Shown: positions 22,112 through 34,659, counted from the first letter of the stretch. The stretch is 64,000 nt of DNA from an uncultured delta proteobacterium (GCA_963832165.1 CAWHTE010000004.1:192001-256000); one strand, 5' to 3'. Numbers and translations are program-made. The notes: generated from the sequence alone by a model not told the origin.

Positions 22112-23626
22112 GTGCTCGATCTCGGCTGGTTCGGGAGGTCGGCCCCTCGCGCCTTCGCCGCGGGCATAGCAGTCGCAGCGCTCGTCGCAGTGCTGTATGC
22201 GCCCGTGCGCCATCACGAGTATCTCGACTACGACGACGACGCATTCCTGGTGTGGAATCCGGACATGCAGCCCGCTTCGGTGGCCGACGCGATCGCGATC
22301 GCGTTCACGCGGCCGCTCGCGTCGAACTGGCTGCCGCTCACGGCGCTCACCCATCAACTCGATCGCCGGCTCTGGGGGCGCAGCGCAGCGGGTCCGCTGG
22401 TCGAGAACGCGCTGTTGCACGCGTTGGGGTCGGTGGTGCTGCTGCTCGCGCTGGAGCGGCTCACGGGGCGCCTCGCCGCGAGCACCTGGGTCGCCGCGGT
22501 CCACGCGGTACACCCGCTCCACGTCGAGTCGGTGGCCTGGGCGATCGAGCGCAAGGACGTGCTGTCGGGCTTCTGGTTCTCGTGCCTGCTCTGGCTCTAC
22601 GCGCGCTACGCCGAAGCGCCGGATTCGCGCGGACGCTACCGGGCGGTGCTCGTGTGCCTGGGGCTGGGCCTGCTCAGCAAGCCGATGCTCGTGACGGCGC
22701 CGTTCGTGTTGCTGCTGATCGACTACTGGCCCCTGGCTCGTCTCGACCGCGCGGCCATCCGCGAGAAGCTGCCGATGTTCGGCATGGTGGGTCTGGTCTC
22801 CGTGATCACGTGGCGCAGTCAGCGAGATACCGGAGCGTTCACGTACGGTGCGGCGCTGCCGATCTGGGCGCGGTTCGAGAACGCACTCGACGCGCTGGTC
22901 CGGTACCTCGGCGATGCGTTCTGGCCCACGCGGCTCGCGGCCTACTACCCGCATCCGGGTGCGTCGCTCGATGCCCTCCACGTCGCCGGCTGCGCCGTCC
23001 TGCTGGGCACCGTGAGCGCGGGAGCCTTGTTGTTGCGGCGACGCCAGCCCTGGCTGCTCACGGGCTGGCTCTGGTACCTCGGCATGCTCGTGCCCGTGCT
23101 GGGTCTCGTTCAGGTCGGCATGCAGGCGCGCGCGGACCGCTACACCTACCTGCCGCTGATCGGCATCGCGCTCGCGCTCGCGTTCGCTGTCGACCACTGG
23201 GCGCAGACCCCGTTGCGACGGCGTTGCACGGGGGCGGTCGGCCTCGCGTCCATCGCCGCACTCGCGGCGGCCGCGATTCCCCAGATCGCGACGTGGCGGG
23301 ACTCGCGCGCGCTCTACGGGCAGATGCGCAGCGTCCACCCCGAAGCCGCGTTTCCAGAGCTTCGGCTCGGCATGGTGGAGGCGATCGGCGGCCACTTCGA
23401 CGCGGCGTCGCTGCACCTCGAGCGCGCGTTCGCGCTCGAACCCAGGATCGTGCCCGAGGTGATGTACCAGCTCGAGAACCTCGCGCGCTCTCAAGCCGCA
23501 CAGGGCCGAACGGCACAGGCGAAGAACAACTTGCTCTGGGCGATCGGAGTTGCGGAGCGCGCGAAGCAACCCGAACGAGCGCGATATCTCCGCGTGATGC
23601 TCCGGATGTTGAGGGCCAGGGACTGA
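22112..23626 (+). CDS. TMTC-like GT-C membrane glycosyltransferase with short C-terminal TPR region
   Basis: DYDD..NP, NWLPLT, HPLHVESVAWAIERKDVLS, LLSKPM, ADRYTYLP; many TM segments. Confidence 0.8.
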   Translation: MLDLGWFGRSAPRAFAAGIAVAALVAVLYAPVRHHEYLDYDDDAFLVWNPDMQPASVADAIAIAFTRPLASNWLPLTALTHQLDRRLWGRSAAGPLVENALLHALGSVVLLLALERLTGRLAASTWVAAVHAVHPLHVESVAWAIERKDVLSGFWFSCLLWLYARYAEAPDSRGRYRAVLVCLGLGLLSKPMLVTAPFVLLLIDYWPLARLDRAAIREKLPMFGMVGLVSVITWRSQRDTGAFTYGAALPIWARFENALDALVRYLGDAFWPTRLAAYYPHPGASLDALHVAGCAVLLGTVSAGALLLRRRQPWLLTGWLWYLGMLVPVLGLVQVGMQARADRYTYLPLIGIALALAFAVDHWAQTPLRRRCTGAVGLASIAALAAAAIPQIATWRDSRALYGQMRSVHPEAAFPELRLGMVEAIGGHFDAASLHLERAFALEPRIVPEVMYQLENLARSQAAQGRTAQAKNNLLWAIGVAERAKQPERARYLRVMLRMLRARD

Positions 23627-23696
23627 GGGGCCTGAACCCCATCCACGCCGTTGGCGACGCGGGTATCTTGCGGCCTCGTTCGAAGCAGGAGGATCG

Positions 23697-24809
23697 ATGT
23701 TCGATCGCAAACGGGGTGTGGCGGCGGCGACGGCAGCGCTCGCGTTGCTCGTGCCGGTGGTTGCGGCGGGTCAGGGGAAGCTCGTCTCGAAGGGCGACAC
23801 GATCCATGGACACGTGGCCGATGTCACGGCCGAGGGCGTGGTCTTCGAGCCGGCCCAGGGCAAGGGTTCGATCGCGGTCAAATGGGCCGACGTGGAGTCG
23901 CTCGAGACCGACGGACCCTACACGGTGCTGCACGGCGACGCGGGCGAGGCGCGCGGGCGGATCCTCGGGTTCGAGGGGGGGGAGTTCCTGCTGATCGGCG
24001 ATGGGCCCGCGAACGCCGAACGCGTCGACGTCGGCGCGCTCGTCCATGCCTACGACGAGGGCAAGGCGACGGGCTCGTGGGTGGAGCGCATGCGCGGCCG
24101 GCTGCGCTTCTGGAAGGCCACGCTCGACGCGGCCGCGGCCTACACGGACAGCACCACCGACACGACCGCCGGAACCCTGGGCATGCTCATCGATCGCAAG
24201 AAGGCGCCCACCCACTTCCTGTTCGAAGCCGGCGCGCACTACGCGGACGAGAACGAGCAGCACGAGGAGCGCACGATCACCGAGAACACGCTGTTCGCGT
24301 TCGGACGCGGCGAGCTCGACCTGACCGAACACGTCTACACCTACGCGTCGTCGCGCTTCACCCACGACAATTCGCAGCACCTGGCGCTGCGCTCGGAGCC
24401 GCGCGCGGGCGCGGGCTATCACTTCATCAAGAGCAAGACGCGCAACTTCTCCACGGACGTCGGTCTCGCCTGGATCTCCGAGTCCTACTTCGGCGACGAG
24501 TTCATTGCGGTCGGGAACGACAGGGCGCGCGGTCGCAACGACTTCTGGGCCATCGCGTTCGGTACCCAGGCCGATGCCGTGCTGCCGTACGGGTCGCTCT
24601 GGCGGGCCCGCGCGGAGTACCTGCCCGCAGTCGACGACTGGCAGAACGAGTACCTCGCGCGCGCCGAGACCTCGCTGGACATGCCGATGCTGCAATGGCT
24701 GGCCTTCCGGCTCGCGTTCTCGGACGAATACGACAACACGCCCGCCCCGGGCGCACAGCACAACAAGTTCGTCACCACGGCCGGCTTCGCGATCCGCTTC
24801 ATCCCCTGA
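23697..24809 (+). CDS. DUF481-like outer-membrane beta-barrel protein
   Basis: Signal peptide, GDTIHGHV N-domain, alternating beta strands, GAGYHF, YDNTPAPG, terminal aromatic. Confidence 0.7.
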   Translation: MFDRKRGVAAATAALALLVPVVAAGQGKLVSKGDTIHGHVADVTAEGVVFEPAQGKGSIAVKWADVESLETDGPYTVLHGDAGEARGRILGFEGGEFLLIGDGPANAERVDVGALVHAYDEGKATGSWVERMRGRLRFWKATLDAAAAYTDSTTDTTAGTLGMLIDRKKAPTHFLFEAGAHYADENEQHEERTITENTLFAFGRGELDLTEHVYTYASSRFTHDNSQHLALRSEPRAGAGYHFIKSKTRNFSTDVGLAWISESYFGDEFIAVGNDRARGRNDFWAIAFGTQADAVLPYGSLWRARAEYLPAVDDWQNEYLARAETSLDMPMLQWLAFRLAFSDEYDNTPAPGAQHNKFVTTAGFAIRFIP

Positions 24810-24925
24810 CGCCCCCAAGTTGCACTTTTGAGACAACCGTCACGTTTCGGGGTCGCCGATCGCGCCGAATCGGATAGGGCAGGCGCTGGCCCCCACGGGC
24901 CGGCGCGGCGGCGGGAGGACAGCTC

Positions 24926-25342
24926 ATGCGCGACGACGCGAGCCCGAGCGGCGACCGTTCCGCGGGACCCCACGGCGATGGCTTCGAGCGGTATACGGTG
25001 AGCTTGATCGTGGTCTCCGGTCCCTTGACCGGTGAAGAGCACGTGGTGGAGCGACCGCGATGGGTGATCGGACGCGGGCCCGGCGTGGATGCCGCGTTCA
25101 CGGACCCCGAGATGTCACAGCACCACCTGCGTATCGAGTTCGAGCGCGGTCGCTTCCAGGTGATCGACCTCGACAGCACGAACGGGACCCGCGTGAACGG
25201 CACCGGGATCTCTTCCGCGGAGCTCGCACACGGCGACCGCATCCAAGCGGGCGCCCAGGTGTTCCAGATCCTGATCGAGAAGAACGCGCGGACCTGGCAG
25301 GGCCGGTCAGCGAGCGGCGACGTCGTTCCGCGGATCCAGTGA
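24926..25342 (+). CDS. Stand-alone FHA-domain protein
   Basis: VIGRG, MSQHH, DLDSTNGTRVNG, LAHGDRIQAG. Confidence 0.88.
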   Translation: MRDDASPSGDRSAGPHGDGFERYTVSLIVVSGPLTGEEHVVERPRWVIGRGPGVDAAFTDPEMSQHHLRIEFERGRFQVIDLDSTNGTRVNGTGISSAELAHGDRIQAGAQVFQILIEKNARTWQGRSASGDVVPRIQ

Positions 25343-26044
25343 CCAGGCCTGGAACGAGACCTGCCGCGCGTGCACGATGTAGCGCCACGGCGCGTCACCC
25401 ACGTGATAGAACGGGTAGCAGGTCACGAGCGTGAGCGTGCGATCGGCCGTGGGCGCGAGCACGTCGGTGCGCTTCGGGTCCACGATCTGGATCTTGTCGA
25501 CGCGATAGCGCACGACGCCGTCGAGTGTCGTGATCGACATTTCGTCGCCGGTCTCGAGGTGTCGCAGGCCGCGGAAGTAGCCGTCGCGATGACCCGCGAT
25601 CCCGAGATTCCCAGTCTCTCCGGGGCGAGCGGTCCCGGGGACGTGCCCGACTGCGCGATCGAGCGTGCTGTCTTCGGTGCCCTCGAGCACCATCACCGAG
25701 AGATCGGCGTCGGGAATCTCCAGACGCCCGATCGCGTTCACGGGCTTCTCGAGGCTCGCTTCGTACTTGGCGACGCGCGCGGGCGACCACTCGCGCGGGT
25801 TGGGCGGCGACTCCTCGTGGATCTGCCGCTGGACGCGCGCCTGGATCCGCGCGCGCACCGCCTCGTCGAACGCCGCGCTCTCGCGGCTCTGGGTCAGCGA
25901 TGCCCGCGCGCAGGCGCCGCCATAAGCGATCAGACACGCACCACCCGCGAGCGCAAGCGTGTACTCCGCGGCGCGCAAGGCAGTGCGCAGCGCGCGGTGG
26001 TGCACGGTCGTGGATCGCGGTGTGGTGGCGTCAGAGTCGCTCAA
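25307..26044 (-). CDS. Sortase (class D-like)
   Basis: N-terminal TM, GRLEIP, VLEGT, IAGHRDGYFRGL (His), TLTLVTCYPF (Cys), WRYIV (Arg). Confidence 0.93.
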   Translation of the reverse strand: MSDSDATTPRSTTVHHRALRTALRAAEYTLALAGGACLIAYGGACARASLTQSRESAAFDEAVRARIQARVQRQIHEESPPNPREWSPARVAKYEASLEKPVNAIGRLEIPDADLSVMVLEGTEDSTLDRAVGHVPGTARPGETGNLGIAGHRDGYFRGLRHLETGDEMSITTLDGVVRYRVDKIQIVDPKRTDVLAPTADRTLTLVTCYPFYHVGDAPWRYIVHARQVSFQAWSLDPRNDVAAR

Positions 26045-26098
26045 GACGGCTCTCCTGGAGCGCGAGCAGGTGGACCCGCTCGCGCGGGTCCACCGGGA

Positions 26099-26350
26099 CT
26101 AGCGGATCCGGTTTCGCAGTACGTGCAGAGCGCCAGCACCCGCGAGAGCCGCCAGGCCCGAGAGGCCCAGCGCGGGCAGCGAGCTACCGGTCTTGGGCAG
26201 CTCGCGCACTTCCGGCTCGTAGACGGGCTCGGGCGCGGGCGGCGCCGGCTCGGCCACGGGCGGGGTCGGCGGCGGAGTCTCCGGCTCGGGAGAGCTCGCA
26301 CACGCAACCAGGTTGAATACGAGTCCAAGGATCAAAAGCAAACGCACCAT
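26099..26350 (-). CDS. 83-aa Pro-rich lipoprotein with C-terminal LPKTG sorting signal
   Basis: GAGG SD; MVRLLLILGLVFNLVAC lipobox; PEPETPPPTPPVAEPAPPAPEP; LPKTG + hydrophobic LPALGLSGLAALAGAGALHVL + basic RNRIR. Confidence 0.85.
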   Translation of the reverse strand: MVRLLLILGLVFNLVACASSPEPETPPPTPPVAEPAPPAPEPVYEPEVRELPKTGSSLPALGLSGLAALAGAGALHVLRNRIR

Positions 26351-26390
26351 GAAATGCCTCACTAGGGGGGTTTAGAACGCGGGCAATCAT

Positions 26391-26413
26391 TGCATAGCCA
26401 TCGTGGCTTTGCA
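26391..26413. promoter_or_regulatory. Imperfect inverted repeat between the rarA stop and the LPKTG gene (binding site or hairpin)
   Basis: TGCATAGCCA-TCG-TGGCTTTGCA, 9/10 complementary. Confidence 0.35.
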
Positions 26414-26431
26414 TCGCGTGTTGGTAACGGC

Positions 26432-27754
26432 TCAGGACTCCTCCTGCTCCCGGCGCCGCCGCCAAGCCTCGAGCCATTCGGCCTGTGCGGCCTCCGCTCC
26501 GGAGCGACTGGGCTGATAGAAAGTCGCCTTTCCCAGCGCATCGGGCAGGTTGTTGCGCGCGACGAACGCATCGGGCGCGTCGTGCGGATAGGTGTAGTCG
26601 CGCCCATAACCGAGCCCTTCCATGAGCCGCGTGGGCGCATTGCGCAGGTGCAGCGGCACGGGCTGCGAGCCGTGCTCCTCGACCGCCGCGAGTGCCCGCC
26701 CGAGCGCGCGGTAGGCCGCGTTGCTCTTGGGCGCGCAGGCGAGATGGGTAATCGCCTGGGCCAGCGGAATCCTGCCTTCGGGCAGACCGATCCGCTCCGC
26801 GGCGAGATAGGCCGCAGTGGCCACGCCCAGCGCCGTGGGATCGGCATTGCCCACATCCTCGGAAGCGAAGATCACGAGTCTCCTTGCCAGGAACAGCAGA
26901 TCGTCCCCCGCCGCGAGCAGGCGGGCCGCGTAGTAGAGCGCCGCGTCCGGATCGCTCGCGCGCAAGCTCTTGATGAACGCAGACGCGAGGTTGTAGTGCT
27001 CTTCGCGGTCGCGGTCATGCAGTAGAGTTCGGCGCCCGACCGCTTCTCGCACCGTGTCGAGCGTCACGCGTCCGTCATTTCCTGAGATCGCGGCCGCAGT
27101 TTCGAGGATGCCTAGCGCGCGCCGCGCATCGCCGTCCGCTGTGTGCGCGATCGCTGCGATCACTTCGTCGTCGAGCGCAGCGCGCCCGCCGAGACCGCGT
27201 TCATTCTCCGCTGCGCGACGAACCAGCAGCGCGAGTGCATCTTCGCGGAGCCGCTCGAGCACATAGACGCGGCAGCGCGAGAGCAAAGGTGCGATCACTT
27301 CGAACGAGGGATTCTCAGTGGTGGCGCCCACGAGTGTCACGGTGCCGCGCTCGACGTGCGGCAAGAGCGTGTCCTGCTGCGCGCGGTTCAAGCGGTGGAT
27401 CTCGTCGAGGAACAACACGGTGCGGCGGCGTTCGCGTCCCGCACGCTCGACAACGGCGCGGATCTCCTTCACGCCGGCGGTCACCGCAGAGAGCGGTTCG
27501 AAATGGGCACCGATCACCTCGGCGAGCAAGCGCGCGATCGTGGTCTTCCCGCTGCCGGGCGGACCCCAGAGGATCAGCGACGGCAGCGTGCCCGCATCGA
27601 GCAGTGCACGCAGCCCCGCGCCGGGCGCGAGCAGCTGCGGCTGTCCGACCACCTCGTCGAGTAGCCGCGGGCGCATGCGCTCCGCGAGCGGCGCGTTCGG
27701 CGGCTCCCCCGGTCCGCTGCTCGCGCTCGGGAACAGGTCGAGCGACTGGGGCAT
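26432..27754 (-). CDS. rarA: Replication-associated recombination protein A
   Basis: PLAERMRP, WGPPGSGKTT, LDEIHR, GATTENPSF, SEDVGNADP, VPLHLRNAPT. Confidence 0.95.
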   Translation of the reverse strand: MPQSLDLFPSASSGPGEPPNAPLAERMRPRLLDEVVGQPQLLAPGAGLRALLDAGTLPSLILWGPPGSGKTTIARLLAEVIGAHFEPLSAVTAGVKEIRAVVERAGRERRRTVLFLDEIHRLNRAQQDTLLPHVERGTVTLVGATTENPSFEVIAPLLSRCRVYVLERLREDALALLVRRAAENERGLGGRAALDDEVIAAIAHTADGDARRALGILETAAAISGNDGRVTLDTVREAVGRRTLLHDRDREEHYNLASAFIKSLRASDPDAALYYAARLLAAGDDLLFLARRLVIFASEDVGNADPTALGVATAAYLAAERIGLPEGRIPLAQAITHLACAPKSNAAYRALGRALAAVEEHGSQPVPLHLRNAPTRLMEGLGYGRDYTYPHDAPDAFVARNNLPDALGKATFYQPSRSGAEAAQAEWLEAWRRRREQEES

Positions 27755-27788
27755 GCGCAGAGCCTAGCAACGTGTGATTCTTTCCGGC

Positions 27789-28650
27789 GTGAAGCTCCAG
27801 ACGGTCGGAATCTGCGTCAAGCGCGATCAGCCGCAGGTGGCCGAACGCGTCGCCGCGCTCGAGGAGTGGCTGCACGATCACGGCGTGGAGGTGCTGCTCG
27901 ACCGGGAAGCCGCGCGCTGGCTGGGCCGTCAGGGCACCGAGCTCGACGATCTCGCGGCGCGCGTCGATCTCCTGATCGTGCTCGGCGGCGACGGCACGCT
28001 GCTCTCCGCCGCCCGCGCGATCGGCGAGCGCGCAGGTGCCGCTCCTGGGCGTGAACCTGGGCACGCTCGGCTTCCTCGCGGAGACCTCGACCGACGATCT
28101 CTACGACGCGCTCGAACACGCGTTCGCGGGGCGTCTGATCGTCGCGCCGCGCATGCGCCTCGACGTCGAGGTCGAGCGCGACGGTCAAGTCGTCGGGCGC
28201 TATCTCGCGCTGAACGACGCCGTGATCGGAAAGAGCGCGCTCTCGCGCATGATCGACCTCGAGACGCGCGCCGATGGCGCCTTCGTCACCACCTATCATT
28301 CCGACGGGTTGATCGTCGCCACGCCGACCGGATCGTCGGCCTACTCGCTATCGGCGGGCGGTCCCCTGCTGTTGCCCGAAGACGAGGCGATCGTACTCAC
28401 GCCGATCTGTCCGCACACGCTGACGCAGCGGCCTCTCGTGCTTCCGGATCGCTACCGGATCGAGATCCTCGTGCTCGACACGCGCGGCGGCGACGTGCAC
28501 CTGACCGTGGACGGCCAGGTGGGGGTCGTGATCGAGCAGCGCGATCGCGTCACTGTGACGCGTTCGGCTCATCCCGCGCGACTGCTCGTGTCGCCGCATC
28601 GCAGCGCCTTCGCCGTGATGCGCGAGAAGCTCCGCTGGGGCGAGCGTTGA
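27789..28650 (+). CDS. nadK: NAD kinase (frameshift near 28030)
   Basis: LGGDGTLL; then GVNLGTLGFL, ALND, DGLIVATPTGSSAYSLSAGG, VDGQ. Confidence 0.93.
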
Positions 28651-30350
28651 TCGAGACGCTGCGCATCGAACAGCTCGCGATCGTGGAAGAGGCGGCGCTC
28701 GAGTTCGCGCCGGGCCTCAACGTGCTGACCGGAGAGACCGGCGCGGGAAAATCGATCGTGCTCGGCGCGCTGACACTGCTCGCGGGCGGCCGCGCACTCG
28801 CCCGGGCGGTGCGCGATGGCGCCGAGCAGGCGGTGGTCGAAGCGGTGTTCCGCACCGACGCGCTGCCAGAGCTCGAGCGCGCGCTCGAAGAGCGCGGCCT
28901 CAGCGGCGATGCGCACGAGCTGATCGTGCGCCGCGCGCTCGCGAAGGGCGGGCGCAGCCGCGCGTGGGTGGCGGGCCAGCTCACGCCGATCGCGGCGCTC
29001 GCGGAGCTGTTCGCGGATCGGATCGAGATCTCGAGTCAGCACGACTCCCAGTCGCTGCTGCATGCGCCGCGCCATGCGGAGCTGCTCGATCGCTGGGCCG
29101 GGCTCGAGCCGACGCGCGATCGCGTCGCCGCCGAGGTGGCCGGGCAGCGCGAGATCGCCGCCGAGCTCGCGCGGCTGCGCGCGGCCACGCGCGACCGCGA
29201 GCAGCGCCGCGACTTCCTGGTGTTCCAGGTGCGCGAGATCGACGAGGCGAAGCTCGCGCCGGGCGAGCTCGAATCGCTGCTGGCGCTGCGCTCGCGGCTC
29301 GCGCACGTGGATCGGATCGGCCGCGAGGGCGGCGCCGCGCTCGCGCGCCTGATCGGAGATCCGAGTCAGCCCGACGCGGCGGGCGCGGGCGACCTGATCG
29401 CCGACGCCGCGCGCGCGCTCACGGCCTTGTCGGCGCTCGACCCCGAGCTCGCGCCGTTGGCCGATCGGCTCGCGGGCGCGCTCGCCGAGGTGCGCGATCT
29501 CGGTGCGGATCTCGAGCGGCGTCTCGACGGGCTCGAGGCGGATCCAGGCCGGCTCGCCCAGGTGGAGGAGCGCCTGCACCGGATCGAGTCTCTGCGCCGC
29601 AAGTACGGAGCGAGTGTCGAGGAGGTGCTCGCGCACCGCGATGCGGCTGCGCGCGAGCTCGACGCGCTCGAAGGCGCGGACACGCGCGAGGCCGAGCTCG
29701 AGTCGGAACGCGCGGCCGGTCGCAAGCGGCTCGAGGCCGCGGCGGCGGAGCTCTCGCGCGGGCGCAAGCGCGCCGCCGCGGAGCTCGCGCGCGCGGTCGT
29801 GCCGATGCTGCGCGAGCTCGCGATGCCCGAGGCGCGCTTCGAGGTCGCGCTGCCGCCCGCACCGGCGCCCGAGGGACTGCCGTGCGGAGCGGGCGGCGCC
29901 GAGGCGCCGGAGTTTCTGTTCTGCGCGAACAAGGGCGAGCGCATGCAACCGCTGCGCGACATCGCGAGCGGCGGTGAGCTCTCGCGCGCATTCCTCGCGC
30001 TCAAGCAGGCGCTGCGCGAGCAGAGCGCGGGCATGGTGCTCGTGTTCGACGAGGTGGACGCGGGAGTCGGCGGCGAGGCGGCGGAGCGCGTCGGGCAGCG
30101 GCTCGCCGAGCTCGCCGATCACCACCAGGTGCTCTGCATAACGCACCTGCCGCAGATCGCCGCCTACGCGCACCGTCACTTCCGCGTGTCGAAGCAGACG
30201 AGCGCGCGCCGCACGGGCGTGGCGATCGAGCGCGTGGAGGGCGACGCGCGCGTGGACGAGATCGCGCGCATGGCGAGCGGCGATCGCGCGGGTGACGCCG
30301 CGCGCGAGTACGCGCGCGAGCTGATCGCCACCCGAGGGGATCGACCCTAA
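28647..30350 (+). CDS. recN: DNA repair protein RecN
   Basis: TGETGAGKS, ASGGELSR, FDEVDAG, CITHLPQIAA; TTGA overlap with nadK. Confidence 0.95.
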   Translation: MIETLRIEQLAIVEEAALEFAPGLNVLTGETGAGKSIVLGALTLLAGGRALARAVRDGAEQAVVEAVFRTDALPELERALEERGLSGDAHELIVRRALAKGGRSRAWVAGQLTPIAALAELFADRIEISSQHDSQSLLHAPRHAELLDRWAGLEPTRDRVAAEVAGQREIAAELARLRAATRDREQRRDFLVFQVREIDEAKLAPGELESLLALRSRLAHVDRIGREGGAALARLIGDPSQPDAAGAGDLIADAARALTALSALDPELAPLADRLAGALAEVRDLGADLERRLDGLEADPGRLAQVEERLHRIESLRRKYGASVEEVLAHRDAAARELDALEGADTREAELESERAAGRKRLEAAAAELSRGRKRAAAELARAVVPMLRELAMPEARFEVALPPAPAPEGLPCGAGGAEAPEFLFCANKGERMQPLRDIASGGELSRAFLALKQALREQSAGMVLVFDEVDAGVGGEAAERVGQRLAELADHHQVLCITHLPQIAAYAHRHFRVSKQTSARRTGVAIERVEGDARVDEIARMASGDRAGDAAREYARELIATRGDRP

Positions 30351-30481
30351 CGCGTCCGCCCGCGGGGATCGGCTTCCCTATCTCAAGGACGCCCGAACCC
30401 TCGCCGATGCACCCGGAGACGACGCCGGTGTTTCTCCCGTTTTGTGTCGGGGATCACGCGTCGCGCACCCGGAGGGTGCCG

Positions 30482-30832
30482 ATGGACGCTGAGACCAGCC
30501 GTGAAAGCACGCCTGCGGGGCCCGTGCCCGGAGGCGGATCGATTCGAGTGCTGCGCGGCTTCTACGAGGGACTGGAGATGCCGGTGGATCGGGACTGGAT
30601 GGTGATCGGACGCGGTCGCGGTGCGGACATCGTGATCGCGGAGCCCACCATGTCGCGCGCCCACGCGGCGATCGGATACGACGGGACGAACTTCTTCGTC
30701 CAGGACCTCGGCAGCACGAACGGGACCCGCGTGAACGGGAACCGCGAGCAGAAGGCAGTGCTGCACAGCGGAGACGAAGTCCAGCTCGGCAAGCTCGCGC
30801 TCGCGGTGACGTTGCCGAAATCGGGGGCGTGA
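30482..30832 (+). CDS. Stand-alone FHA-domain protein
   Basis: VIGRG, MSRAHA, DLGSTNGTRVNG, LHSGDEVQLG. Confidence 0.88.
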   Translation: MDAETSRESTPAGPVPGGGSIRVLRGFYEGLEMPVDRDWMVIGRGRGADIVIAEPTMSRAHAAIGYDGTNFFVQDLGSTNGTRVNGNREQKAVLHSGDEVQLGKLALAVTLPKSGA

Positions 30833-31797
30833 TGGACAGCTATTCCCTGATCGTCGTCTCCGACGAGACGAGTCCCGTCCGGCGCTTCCAGCTGCGCAAG
30901 GTGCTGCTCAAGCGCGCGGCGATCGGCGCCGGGATCTTTGCCTTGACGCTGCTCGGCCTCTCGGTCGACTACGTGCGGCTGCGGATCGACAACCACGAGC
31001 TCGGCTCGCTGCGCAAGGAGACGGTCGAGCGCCGCGCCCAGGTGGCGGCGTTCGAGAAGAAGATGGGCGAGGTCGACGGCAGACTCGAGCGGATCATGGA
31101 GCTCGAGCGCAAGGTGCGCATCATTGCGAACCTGCCCGGGTCGGCCGCCTCGGGCGGTGAGGACGTCACGGCGATCGAGCCCGAAATCGAGCCAGGCGGC
31201 CAGGGCGGGCTCGACGAGTCCTACCCGAGTGAAGCGCCGGTGCGCCGCCCGTCGCGGCTGCCGGTGATCCCCGACGATGCGGGCGTTCCCGAGCGGGTGA
31301 GCCTGCTCGAGAAGTCGGCCGACTACCTCGGCGCGATCGCCGACGGGCAGGGCGACAGCCTCGAGGACCTGCTGCGGTCGCTCGAGGGCAAGCGCCAGCG
31401 CCTCGAATCGTCGCCCTCGATCTGGCCCTCGCGGGGCTGGCTCACGTCGGGCTTCGGCTACCGCGTCTCGCCGTTCACGAACCGCAAGCAGTTCCACTCG
31501 GGCATCGACATCGCGGGCACGCCCGGCACGGCCGTGATCGCTCCGGCGCGCGGCCGTGTGGTGTTCGCAGGGCAGAACGGCCCGCTCGGCCTCTCTGTGA
31601 CCATCGACCACGGCTACGGCGTGCGCACGCAGTACGGGCACAACCAGGCCCTGCACGTGAAGGCCGGCCAGGAGGTCACGCGCGGCCAGAAGATCGCCGC
31701 GCTCGGGAACAGCGGGCGCAGCACGGGCCCGCACCTGCACTACACGATCGAAGTGGGCGGGAAGACGCGGAACCCGCTCGACTACATCTTCGACTAA
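30829..31797 (+). CDS. M23-family metallopeptidase (TM + coiled coil + M23)
   Basis: PSIWP, FHSGIDI, YGH, GRSTGPHLHY. Confidence 0.93.
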   Translation: MMDSYSLIVVSDETSPVRRFQLRKVLLKRAAIGAGIFALTLLGLSVDYVRLRIDNHELGSLRKETVERRAQVAAFEKKMGEVDGRLERIMELERKVRIIANLPGSAASGGEDVTAIEPEIEPGGQGGLDESYPSEAPVRRPSRLPVIPDDAGVPERVSLLEKSADYLGAIADGQGDSLEDLLRSLEGKRQRLESSPSIWPSRGWLTSGFGYRVSPFTNRKQFHSGIDIAGTPGTAVIAPARGRVVFAGQNGPLGLSVTIDHGYGVRTQYGHNQALHVKAGQEVTRGQKIAALGNSGRSTGPHLHYTIEVGGKTRNPLDYIFD

Positions 31798-31836
31798 GCG
31801 CCCACGATCAAAGATTTCGCTTGGCGCATCGCAGGT

Positions 31837-31865
31837 TTGCCCGCGAATTGCGGCTCTCGTACACT
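31837..31865 (+). promoter_or_regulatory. Putative sigma70 promoter of secA
   Basis: TTGCCC-N17-TACACT. Confidence 0.55.
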
Positions 31866-31903
31866 CCGCGCCTCGCTCGCCCCCGCCGCGTGCGTAAAGC
31901 GCC

Positions 31904-34627
<2,724 letters not shown>

Positions 34628-34659
34628 GCCCCGGCAAGCCCGCGATCCCGACGACTTCG

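Noticed and set aside
27774..30350. Apparent 858-aa NadK-RecN fusion
   Set aside because: Artefact of a frameshift near 28030; nadK ends at 28650 and recN starts at TTG 28647
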